This document shows, in pieces, positions 27,927 to 36,265 of a stretch of 36,313 bases of DNA (position 1 is its first letter; the number at the start of each line of letters is the position of its first letter). Source of the DNA: a bacterium (lineage in GTDB: Bacteria > JAMCPX01); contig JBBIVV010000021.1 in NCBI GenBank assembly GCA_037439545.1, positions 1-36,313 of the forward strand, written 5' to 3'. The notes under the pieces are model-generated. The model was not told the origin of the DNA and searched no databases. It saw nothing but the letters and a program-made list of their open reading frames with translations. The translations under genes and the position numbers were made by a program.

Positions 27927-28892
27927 ATGACAGTAAAAAAAATCTCACGATATGAAATAGAGAAAGAAGTCGGTAGAGGAGCAATGGGTATTGTTTATCT
28001 TGCCCATGATCCTATTATTAATAGAAATGTAGCGCTGAAAACCATAGACATAGCAAACTCACTTGATACAGCCAAGAGAGAGGAATTAACGAAAAGAATG
28101 CTGGTCGAGGTAAGAGCAGCGGGCAAATTGAACCATCAAAATATAGTCACTATATACGATTACGGCCAGGACCTTGTACCGTTTGTGGTAATGGAGTTCG
28201 TGGAAGGAGAGTCGCTGGAATCTCTCAGAAAGAAAAAGAACAAATTCAGTCTGGAAGAACTTTATCCCGTTATACACGGTGTTGCAAAGGGCATGGATTA
28301 TGCACACTCAATGGGTATTGTTCACAGGGATATAAAACCCGACAATATACTGATCACGAAAGAATACATTCCAAAGATAACCGATTTCGGTATAGCGAGG
28401 GTGCTCGATACATCATCGACCCAGGATTCGGCAATAATCGGCTCTCCTTCATTTATGTCGCCGGAGCAGATTCTTGGAGGGTCTGTCGACGGTACGACGG
28501 ACATTTTCTCATTCGGTATAATCATATATTACCTGCTTACGGGTGAAAAACCGTTTGCAGCGGGTAACCCGCATGCAGTGACGTACAAGATAATGAATGA
28601 AGAACCAAAGCCCCCGAGTTTTTACAATCCATCTTTGACTTTACATGTTGACGGCGTATTGATGAAAACTCTTTCCAAAGACCCGAAGGATCGCTATAAA
28701 CAGGCAGGGGATGTCGTAGAATCTCTTGTAAGGGCTCATTCCAGACGGAAAGATAGAACGGAGCCTTCTCTTCACGATCTCACTTCGGGCAAGAGGAATA
28801 TACTGGCAGAAATTTCGAATGTTGATACAATAATGGAAGAAGCCACTACAAACCTGAGAAAGCATCCTTTTAATAAAAAACAGAAGAGGTGA
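27927..28892 (+). CDS. Soluble Hanks-type Ser/Thr protein kinase
   Basis: VGRGAMGIVY, VALK, HRDIKPDN, DFG, GSPSFMSPE, DIFSFG; no transmembrane segment; basic C-terminal tail. Confidence 0.93.
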   Translation: MTVKKISRYEIEKEVGRGAMGIVYLAHDPIINRNVALKTIDIANSLDTAKREELTKRMLVEVRAAGKLNHQNIVTIYDYGQDLVPFVVMEFVEGESLESLRKKKNKFSLEELYPVIHGVAKGMDYAHSMGIVHRDIKPDNILITKEYIPKITDFGIARVLDTSSTQDSAIIGSPSFMSPEQILGGSVDGTTDIFSFGIIIYYLLTGEKPFAAGNPHAVTYKIMNEEPKPPSFYNPSLTLHVDGVLMKTLSKDPKDRYKQAGDVVESLVRAHSRRKDRTEPSLHDLTSGKRNILAEISNVDTIMEEATTNLRKHPFNKKQKR

Positions 28893-28898
28893 TTTTAT

Positions 28899-29771
28899 AT
28901 GGAAATAAAATGTCCGTATTGTAATAATGCTATTGAAGTAACCAAGGTAGACAATGACGGCGTTGTTTGTCCATCGTGTAAAAAAACAATAAATCCCGGA
29001 ACTTTTTCCTCGAATACATTAATGGGTATAAGCAATGTTGCAGAACAGATGCCGAAAGGCATCCGGGTGTCTCTCACGGTCCTTGAAGGCAAAGATGCGG
29101 GTAAAATGGTTCAGGTGAATAAGCCCGGGTTTACCATTGGACGGGAGAATGCAGACTTTGCACTGAATGACTCGCAGGCATCGAGAAGGCATGCGGTCAT
29201 ACAGTTTCATGACAGGAGGATTGTTTTGAAGGATCTCGGCAGTACAAACGGCACATTTGTCGGATCAAAACAGATAAAAGAAGAAGAACTGAAACATCTG
29301 GATGAGATTACCGTAGGTGATACAAGGATGCTTATAACGATATTCGAAGATCAGGAAGCACCTGTAGTATCTCAGGAGGCCGGCAATACTATACTGCTCA
29401 AGGATGAGATGTCGGCAGAAGGTACAACAAGAATAGATAGACCGGATGACGTAGAATTTAAGCTACCTTATAAGCAGAAGGTATATCTTGACATTATAGA
29501 CGGGGTACAGAAAGGCTCTGTTCATGAATTTTTGAGCGGCAGGGTTGTTATAGGCAGGACCGACGGTGATCTGATCATAGATGACCAGAATATTTCGAAG
29601 AAGCATGCAGTGATCGAGACATGGGCACGGGATACCTATTTTATAAGGGACCTTGCAAGTACGAACGGAACATACATAAACGGTCAGCGCATAACAAGCA
29701 CAAAGATAAAGAACGGCGACATTATCACGGTCGGCAATACGAAGCTCAAGTTAAGGATAGTGAATGTTTGA
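28899..29771 (+). CDS. Zn-ribbon plus tandem FHA-domain protein
   Basis: CPYC...CPSC; FHA1 IGRE..SRRHA..DLGSTNGT; FHA2 IGRT..SKKHA..DLASTNGT. Confidence 0.92.
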   Translation: MEIKCPYCNNAIEVTKVDNDGVVCPSCKKTINPGTFSSNTLMGISNVAEQMPKGIRVSLTVLEGKDAGKMVQVNKPGFTIGRENADFALNDSQASRRHAVIQFHDRRIVLKDLGSTNGTFVGSKQIKEEELKHLDEITVGDTRMLITIFEDQEAPVVSQEAGNTILLKDEMSAEGTTRIDRPDDVEFKLPYKQKVYLDIIDGVQKGSVHEFLSGRVVIGRTDGDLIIDDQNISKKHAVIETWARDTYFIRDLASTNGTYINGQRITSTKIKNGDIITVGNTKLKLRIVNV

Positions 29772-29798
29772 AAGCGGTCTTTGCTTATTTTACAAACC

Positions 29799-30959
29799 CT
29801 AAATCACTTTTGCTATTCTTTCACATGCCTCAATGATACGGTCTTCTTTGTTTGTTACAGAAATTCTGAAGTAACCCTCCCCTGATTTACCAAATCCAAC
29901 ACCCGGGGAAACCACAACGCCTGCATGTTCAATAAGTTTTGTCGTGAATGATATTGAATCAATCTTGTCCGGCAGTCTTGTCCATATATAGAAAGTTGAG
30001 CTGCCATTATATGGTTTTAACCCTGCTTTTGATAGCGCCGATGTGACAAGGTTCACACGGTTCTGATATATATTTCTGAGCGGATCGGTGAGTCTGCCGG
30101 CAAGTGACAACGCCTTTATCCCTGCCCATTGAACTGCCTGGAATACCCCGGAATCTATGTTGGTTTTTATCTTTCCAAGTCCTGCGATTAACTCTTCATT
30201 GCCGCAGGCAAAACCTATACGCCATCCTGTCATACTGAAAGTTTTCGATAAGGAGTGAAATTCTATTGCAACATCCTTTGCACCCGGATACTCGAGTATT
30301 GAATGGGTTTTTTCCTTGAAATAGATTTCTGAATAAGCGGCATCATGGGCTATGATAATATTATTCTTTTTTGCAAATCCGATAATTTTTTTAAAAAAGG
30401 CTTCATCCGCTGTTGCCGAGGTAGGATTATTTGGATAATTTACGAACAATATCTTTGCTTTTTTGAGAACAGGTCCGGGTATGTCCTCGATGATCGGCAG
30501 GAAATTATTTTCTGGTGTGATCGGCAGTGCATACGGTGTCCCGCCTGCAAACAATGTTGAAGCATAATATACGGGATAGCCGGGTTCCGTGTATAACACA
30601 GTATCACCGGGGTTAACGAATGCGAGGGGGAAATGTGCAATACCCTCCTTTGAACCTATAAGGGATAACACCTCTTTCTTAAAATCAAGTTTCACACCAA
30701 ACCTCTTATAAAACCAATCTGCAGCAGTCTCTCTGAATCTGTCCATACCCGAATAGGATGGATAGATGTGGTTTGCAGGGTCACCGGCAGAAGATTTAAG
30801 GGCATCTATTACTTCAACCGGCGTCTGAATGTCAGGGTCACCAACCCCGAGATCAATGATATCCCTGCCCATGGCAAGGTATTCGGACTTAATCCTGTCA
30901 AGCTCTGCAAACAGATATCCCGGCAGTTGTTCCAATCTATCAGCGTATTTAAATGGCAT
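29799..30959 (-). CDS. dapL: LL-diaminopimelate aminotransferase (class I PLP enzyme)
   Basis: YLFAELD, DLGVGDPD, LIGSKEGIAH, NYPNNPT, HDAAYSE, EFHSLSKTFSMTGWRIG. Confidence 0.85.
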   Translation of the reverse strand: MPFKYADRLEQLPGYLFAELDRIKSEYLAMGRDIIDLGVGDPDIQTPVEVIDALKSSAGDPANHIYPSYSGMDRFRETAADWFYKRFGVKLDFKKEVLSLIGSKEGIAHFPLAFVNPGDTVLYTEPGYPVYYASTLFAGGTPYALPITPENNFLPIIEDIPGPVLKKAKILFVNYPNNPTSATADEAFFKKIIGFAKKNNIIIAHDAAYSEIYFKEKTHSILEYPGAKDVAIEFHSLSKTFSMTGWRIGFACGNEELIAGLGKIKTNIDSGVFQAVQWAGIKALSLAGRLTDPLRNIYQNRVNLVTSALSKAGLKPYNGSSTFYIWTRLPDKIDSISFTTKLIEHAGVVVSPGVGFGKSGEGYFRISVTNKEDRIIEACERIAKVI

Positions 30960-31024
30960 AATCGTCTCCTTACTTCCGATTTCCGGTGTATAAAAGATTA
31001 TCTCAAAAAAAGCAATAAAAGCAC

Positions 31025-31129
31025 TTTACCCCGTTAGAAATAACGCAAAAGAAGGAGGACATTAAGGATTGAATTTTAATCCCTGCGGGAAAAGGGTAAC
31101 TTTAAACATAGAGTTTCAAACGGGGTTTA
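31025..31129. mobile_element. MITE-like element, copy 1 (dapL/nadB divergent spacer)
   Basis: TTTA|CCCCGTTAGAAA ... TTTCAAACGGGG|TTTA: 12-bp inverted repeat with one mismatch, TTTA on both flanks. Confidence 0.7.
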
Positions 31130-31141
31130 TTCCCTATATTC

Positions 31142-31169
31142 TTGACATAGCCTGCCATAGTTATAAAAT
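31142..31169 (+). promoter_or_regulatory. Sigma70-type promoter for nadB
   Basis: TTGACA (31142-31147), 16 bp, TAAAAT (31164-31169). Confidence 0.6.
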
Positions 31170-31252
31170 CCCGATATGTTGCCATCAGTTCAGATGAGTT
31201 AATATAATAACAGATTATGGCAAAAGGTTCATACCTTACATAAGGAGATATA

Positions 31253-32860
31253 ATGACCGTTCAGGAAACAGATATACTTGTTATCGGCAGTGGAGTGTCA
31301 GGGCTTTACTACGCCATAAAGTCTCAGAAACTTGGAAGGCTTATGATCATCAATAAGTTAGATAAGTATGAGTCAGCTACCTACTATGCGCAGGGTGGTA
31401 TTGCATCCGTGTTTTCTTCCGAGGATAGCTTTGAGGAACATATAAGCGATACGCTTATTGCAGGTGACGGTCTGTGCCACAGAGATGCAGTTGAAGTAGT
31501 GGTAAAAGATGCACCTACCCGCATCAAAGAACTTATACAACTCGGCGTGAAGTTCAGCAAGGTTCAGGATCCGACGGACAATGATGCCGTCTACGATCTT
31601 ACGAAAGAGGGTGGACACACGAAGAGGAGAATACTGCACGCAGACGATCTGACCGGCAGGGAAATAGAAGTATCACTCATGCGTGCCGCTGAAGATATGG
31701 GCATAAGGGTTTCGACCCATCATATGGCAATAGACCTTATCACGATCAACAAGGTGCTTGGCAGTAAGGGCTCCAAGGACAGAGTCATCGGGGCTTATGT
31801 ACTGAACACTCAGACCGGTGAAGTGGAAACTATTCTGGCAAAGGTTGTTGTGCTTGCGACAGGCGGTGCTGGAAAGGTTTACCTCTATACAAGCAACCCT
31901 GATACGGAGACGGGGGACGGCATTGCCATGGCATACAGGGCAGGTGCTTCAATTGCAAATATGGAATTTATCCAGTTTCATCCGACATGCCTTTATCATC
32001 CGGAAGCCAAATCGTTTCTCATATCCGAATCAGTAAGGGGCGAGGGAGGCATACTGAAAAGGAAAGACGGCACCATGTTCATGTCAGCGTATCATCCTAT
32101 GAAAGAACTTGCTCCGAGAGATATCGTCGCACGTGCCATTGACAGTGAACTCAAGAAATCGGGTGATGAATATGTGTTACTCGACGTGACGCACCTTGAT
32201 CATGATTTCGTCAAAAAAAGATTCCCGCATATCTACAACACGCTGCTGAAGTATGCTATCGATATGACCGTACAGCCCATACCCGTTGTTCCTGCTGCAC
32301 ACTACACCTGTGGCGGCGTCGTGACGGACCTGGACGGCAAGACGGACATAAACGGACTTTTCGCAATCGGTGAAACAGCCTGCACCGGGTTACATGGGGC
32401 CAACAGGCTCGCATCCAATAGCCTTATAGAGGGTCTTGTTTTTGCCAACCGTGTCTCACAGAAGACAGAACTTTATCTCAAGGATAAACTGCCCCATGAG
32501 GCGATACCCTCATGGACATCCGGGAATGCAGTTGATAGCGATGAGATGGTCGTTGTTTCACACAACTGGGATGAGATTAGAAGATTTATGTGGAATTACG
32601 TGGGTATAGTCAGATCTGATAAGCGGCTTGTGCGTGCAAGGAGACGTATTGAGATGATCCGTGAAGAAATCAACGAGTATTACTGGCATTTTAAGGTAAA
32701 TAAAGATGTTCTTGAACTGCGCAATATAGCGACTGTGGCAGAACTTGCCATACTATGCGCACAGATGCGTAAAGAATCCAGAGGAATTCATTACAACATA
32801 GATTATCCGAATAAAAATGATACGTCGTGGCTGAAGGACACGGTCATCAGGAAGGGATAA
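31253..32860 (+). CDS. nadB: L-aspartate oxidase
   Basis: VIGSGVSG, YAQGGIA, EGGHTKRRILH, QFHPT, LISESVRGEG, ELAPRDIVAR, AAHYTCGG, GLHGANRLASNSL, ESRGIH. Confidence 0.96.
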   Translation: MTVQETDILVIGSGVSGLYYAIKSQKLGRLMIINKLDKYESATYYAQGGIASVFSSEDSFEEHISDTLIAGDGLCHRDAVEVVVKDAPTRIKELIQLGVKFSKVQDPTDNDAVYDLTKEGGHTKRRILHADDLTGREIEVSLMRAAEDMGIRVSTHHMAIDLITINKVLGSKGSKDRVIGAYVLNTQTGEVETILAKVVVLATGGAGKVYLYTSNPDTETGDGIAMAYRAGASIANMEFIQFHPTCLYHPEAKSFLISESVRGEGGILKRKDGTMFMSAYHPMKELAPRDIVARAIDSELKKSGDEYVLLDVTHLDHDFVKKRFPHIYNTLLKYAIDMTVQPIPVVPAAHYTCGGVVTDLDGKTDINGLFAIGETACTGLHGANRLASNSLIEGLVFANRVSQKTELYLKDKLPHEAIPSWTSGNAVDSDEMVVVSHNWDEIRRFMWNYVGIVRSDKRLVRARRRIEMIREEINEYYWHFKVNKDVLELRNIATVAELAILCAQMRKESRGIHYNIDYPNKNDTSWLKDTVIRKG

Positions 32861-32877
32861 ACCGAGAAGTTCAGCTA

Positions 32878-32955
32878 AAATCCTAAATCCGAATATCTAA
32901 TTCCTCATTAAATCCCCCTTCCTCCCCCTTTGTCAAAGGGGAAAGAGGGGGATTT
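32878..32955. repeat. Heptamer tandem repeats followed by a long C-rich/G-rich hairpin after nadB
   Basis: AAATCCT AAATCCG AATATCT AATTCCT, then AAATCCCCCT TCCTCCCCCTTT GTC AAAGGGG AAAG AGGGGGATTT (32910-32955). Confidence 0.7.
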
Positions 32956-33050
32956 TTCAAAATAATGTACAATATCTTTTCTGTATTTTGCGGAGAAGTT
33001 ATAAAGTAAAAATCTATCGGGGGGGGCTCTGCGCTCGTGCACCGTTCTGC

Positions 33051-34016
33051 CTACCGCATGTCACTGCCGATAAACAGGGTAATGTCCCAGTTATAGGAAT
33101 TCGATTGGATAAGATCAGGCTGTACGGTGAGCAGCTTTGCAATTGCAACTGCCTGAGTATAGTAAGCCTGCTTGTAAAAGATCGTTGTTTTGTTCATCCG
33201 TTTTTTCCCGCTGATAACATTGGATACATTGAATTTATTTTTGACAAGAAGTATACCCATTTTAATTTCCATTTTTGGAACACCGCTTGCATTGATAATC
33301 GAAACATTCGCAGACGGAAGGTTTGCAACCTGCACTCCAGCCTGAGCTGCCGGGGCGACAGCAGGGGCTGTCCTGGCACTTTGCCTTTCAATAACGAGTT
33401 TGGACAGAATTTGATCCGGGTCGTTCCAGCACACCACATCCGACGAACCCGAACTATTGTTTACACTGCTGTGGAACTGGTTCAGCAGCTTTGTCACACC
33501 GTCCTGAACTACGGCAGTGTAAGGTATCGGCTGTCCTTCAGGAGAGAAGGCTGACTTGAAATTGCCAGACCCTGTCCACAGCACATTACCCGACGAAGTA
33601 TCTATGAAGTAGAGCTTCAACCCGAACGTATCGGCTCCATCCCAGCCCGCACCTTTTTCAGACGGATAGCTTGTCACCACTCCTGCAAAAACAGCCTGTA
33701 CTCCGAGTATTCTTCCCATACCTGCTGCATCCTGCACAGGTATGCCGCTTTTAAATATGATTCTGCGTGCATCGAGCATGTCCTGTGCCTCTGCCCTTGT
33801 CATTACACTGAAGTCACCGGTGGTCATCATCTTGATTGATACAATATCCGAAGCAATCAGCCCTGCGCTGCTTTTCCCGGAAAGGTTTTCAAACGGCAGG
33901 ACCGCAACGCAGCTCATGTTTTTTATTTGATCCGGTGACACGTTAAAATTGCTTATCGGAGCAGAACACCCTGCGGTAAGGGCAACGGCAATTATCAGAT
34001 ATGGCCTTAATTTCAT
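33051..34016 (-). CDS. Lipoprotein with PelC/CsgG/GNA1162-like domain and C-terminal LytR_C-like domain
   Basis: Lipobox LTAG-C; VAVLPFENLS...GVQAVFAGVV...IDTSSGNVLW; Ala/Pro linker; VSIINASG...TTIFY...AVAIAKLL...DITLFIGSD. Confidence 0.78.
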   Translation of the reverse strand: MKLRPYLIIAVALTAGCSAPISNFNVSPDQIKNMSCVAVLPFENLSGKSSAGLIASDIVSIKMMTTGDFSVMTRAEAQDMLDARRIIFKSGIPVQDAAGMGRILGVQAVFAGVVTSYPSEKGAGWDGADTFGLKLYFIDTSSGNVLWTGSGNFKSAFSPEGQPIPYTAVVQDGVTKLLNQFHSSVNNSSGSSDVVCWNDPDQILSKLVIERQSARTAPAVAPAAQAGVQVANLPSANVSIINASGVPKMEIKMGILLVKNKFNVSNVISGKKRMNKTTIFYKQAYYTQAVAIAKLLTVQPDLIQSNSYNWDITLFIGSDMR

Positions 34017-35599
34017 CTGCCCATTTCTCCGAAAATAGTTAAAGCAAGCGTTTTAGCCGTATCTTCCAAAGATTCACCTTGCGTGCCGTTTTGTACGAAT
34101 GATCCTGCAAAAAGGACCCTGCCTGTCTGAACATTTAAAAGGCTCAATTCTATTCCTACGCTTGGAATATCGGTTTTACCATCCGGTCCCTCTCTGTACC
34201 CGTAATCGATAACGGATCCGTATAAAATCATACTTACCCTGAGCTTTGACACGATGGTTTTTGCCAGCGTCATGCCGATAGGAATGCCCTTGTCAAACCC
34301 ATAATGTACAAGTTGATCAGCTACCTTGTCCCAGTCGGTTACCCACACATTGCTTGATTCAATTAACGCTTCCTGCAGTTTGCCCGAAACGACTGCTGTT
34401 GCATCCTTTGTATCCGTAAGGTTTTCAAACGGAGCAACAGCTATAAAGGTGTTGTCCGGTATTTTAACTGTCCCCGGCTTGTACTCAATGCTCACAGTGG
34501 TACCGCCGCATCCGGATACTGAAGGGAAATTCCGGTCTAAGACATTTGTATCTGAAATGCGCGGCGTATAGTACGTATCGTAAACAACCTTTGCATCCTG
34601 TTTAAATTTTGCAAGCACACTCACCATACTGCTGTATAAAACCGGCTGGTCATCAATACCGATATCGTAGCCCTTTGATTTCATGAGACCGGTAAACGCA
34701 GCAGCAGACTTATCGTAGCTATTAATAACAGCCGATGCAGGCATCGGTCCTGACTGGACCTTTAAAAAAGCCGTATGCATACCTGCCCCGAGGCTGACGG
34801 CTGGAAGCTTAACTTGAGCAGTCCCCGTGTCCATTGTGCGGTACGTAAAAACAGCAGAGCTATCGATCATTACGTACCCTTTTGAAGGTCCTGCAAAGGT
34901 AAGCGTAAGAGTAATAACCGAGTTTGAAGGCGTTTGAAACATGAATTTACGTACGTCCTTCCCGGATTGAACGGTAGAGGGTATCGTCCCTGTGACAGGA
35001 AGCTGATCATATGCATGCAGCATCATTCCGAGTGTTTCACCCTCTGCTCCATAAGAAAGTGCGCCCGCTGTCTTCCAGCCCCCTGCCGGTGCTATATCGT
35101 CCGACACGAATGAACTCAGTAAAACTGCCGATAGGAAACTCCCCTCTGGCATGGTCATACTCATTTTGTGTTCGCCCCGGTCCAGTATAAATGTTCCAAG
35201 ATCCTGGTATGTCCATTGGTCTACCATTTTTGAAGCTACGCTTGGCCTGTCGTCAATGGTAAAGAATACAGGACTGCCCTGTACAAATACGATGAGATGA
35301 TACCTGCCGCTGTGTGCAGCATGAATCGTGTATAAAATGGTATCCGGCTGTGTGCCGAGTCTCGTCGTGTAATTCCCGAGATTCACGTTGATAAAGTTTC
35401 TGCCGGACAGCAGATCATAATAATCGGTCATATACGGTTTGGCAGGTATGCCGTCCTTCTCCCATCCGGCACTTCTGACAAGAGCTACAGCCCATGCCCC
35501 CTGGCTCACGGGTTGCTGGGCATACAATGGCGATGAAAACCAGAGAACCGAACATATGAAAAAAGCTATAAATTTAACTCTCTGCATAATATTGGACAT
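34013..35599 (-). CDS. Secreted multidomain protein with beta-sandwich repeats and C-terminal PelC/CsgG-like domain
   Basis: Signal peptide ending LYA; two similar segments (LDRGEHKMSM and LGAGMHTAFL); IAVAPFENLT...ILYGSVIDYG...LLNVQTGRVLF; ATGA overlap with the next gene. Confidence 0.75.
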   Translation of the reverse strand: MSNIMQRVKFIAFFICSVLWFSSPLYAQQPVSQGAWAVALVRSAGWEKDGIPAKPYMTDYYDLLSGRNFINVNLGNYTTRLGTQPDTILYTIHAAHSGRYHLIVFVQGSPVFFTIDDRPSVASKMVDQWTYQDLGTFILDRGEHKMSMTMPEGSFLSAVLLSSFVSDDIAPAGGWKTAGALSYGAEGETLGMMLHAYDQLPVTGTIPSTVQSGKDVRKFMFQTPSNSVITLTLTFAGPSKGYVMIDSSAVFTYRTMDTGTAQVKLPAVSLGAGMHTAFLKVQSGPMPASAVINSYDKSAAAFTGLMKSKGYDIGIDDQPVLYSSMVSVLAKFKQDAKVVYDTYYTPRISDTNVLDRNFPSVSGCGGTTVSIEYKPGTVKIPDNTFIAVAPFENLTDTKDATAVVSGKLQEALIESSNVWVTDWDKVADQLVHYGFDKGIPIGMTLAKTIVSKLRVSMILYGSVIDYGYREGPDGKTDIPSVGIELSLLNVQTGRVLFAGSFVQNGTQGESLEDTAKTLALTIFGEMGR

Positions 35600-35663
35600 A
35601 GATATAGTTTTTCAAAGCTTCTGTCAACATCTTGTCCCGTTTATGCCGGGTTCGAATTGTTGC

Positions 35664-35698
35664 TTGACTTTAAGAAAGTTTTTGTATACTTTTACAAT
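35664..35698 (+). promoter_or_regulatory. Putative tRNA-operon promoter(s)
   Basis: TTGACT (35664) with TATACT/TACTTT at 15/17 bp; second -10-like TACAAT at 35693. Confidence 0.5.
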
Positions 35699-35705
35699 CG
35701 GTTAA

Positions 35706-35777
35706 GCGGGTGTAATTCAGTGGTAGAATGTCGCCTTGCCAAGGCGAATGTCGTGGGTTCGAATCCCATCGCCCGCT
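35706..35777 (+). tRNA. tRNA-Gly(GCC), CCA not encoded
   Basis: Acceptor stem GCGGGTG/CGCCCGC; anticodon arm TCGCC-TTGCCAA-GGCGA; T-arm GTGGG-TTCGAAT-CCCAT. Confidence 0.96.
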
Positions 35778-35785
35778 TTTTTGTA

Positions 35786-35893
35786 TTTACCCCGTTAGAA
35801 AGTCAGCCATGTATAGTGGAGATACTTTGATAGAGTTCAGAACTTTAGAGCAAGTCTGTGGTTCGGAGCAGTATCTCTTTCTCACGGGGTTTA
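35786..35893. mobile_element. MITE-like element, copy 2 (between the two tRNAs)
   Basis: TTTA|CCCCGTTAGAAA ... TTTCTCACGGGG|TTTA; left 16 bp identical to copy 1; internal inverted repeat GAGATACT/AGTATCTC. Confidence 0.7.
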
Positions 35894-35894
35894 T

Positions 35895-35965
35895 GGCGGC
35901 ATAGCCAAGTGGTAAGGCAGCGGTCTGCAAAACCGTTATCCTCGGTTCAAATCCGAGTGCCGCCT
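35895..35965 (+). tRNA. tRNA-Cys(GCA), CCA not encoded
   Basis: Acceptor stem GGCGGCA/TGCCGCC, U discriminator; anticodon arm GCGGT-CTGCAAA-ACCGT; T-arm CTCGG-TTCAAAT-CCGAG. Confidence 0.96.
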
Positions 35966-36265
35966 TTCTTGTTGAGGAAGCCCTCAAAGTGCTGCCCCCC
36001 AGTGGTGTAAGACACTGAATCAATATGCCGAACCCTTATCTAAACGCTCTACCCCCTATCCTTTGTTTAAGGTCCGATAAGGAACTGGGAAAGGTGTTGT
36101 CTCTTCCGGCATCAATCCGTTACGGATTCCCTGTATGAATTTAGGGGAATTAAAGAAACTCCTGAAATAGATTGTCCCAGGAGTATCCCAAACATTGCTG
36201 TTTGAGAATACACAGTTCTATTTCTTATAACGGTTTAATTTGGTATAAGAACATAGGAGGGTTCG

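Noticed and set aside
33019..33026. G8 homopolymer as a phase-variation tract
   Set aside because: Lies between convergent gene ends, so slippage would affect neither a reading frame nor a promoter.
35646..35660. GGGTTCGAAT resembling a tRNA T-loop upstream of tRNA-Gly
   Set aside because: No pairing T-stem or cloverleaf around it.
35787..36023. 78-aa minus-strand ORF
   Set aside because: Antisense to tRNA-Cys and the MITE-like element; not a credible gene.
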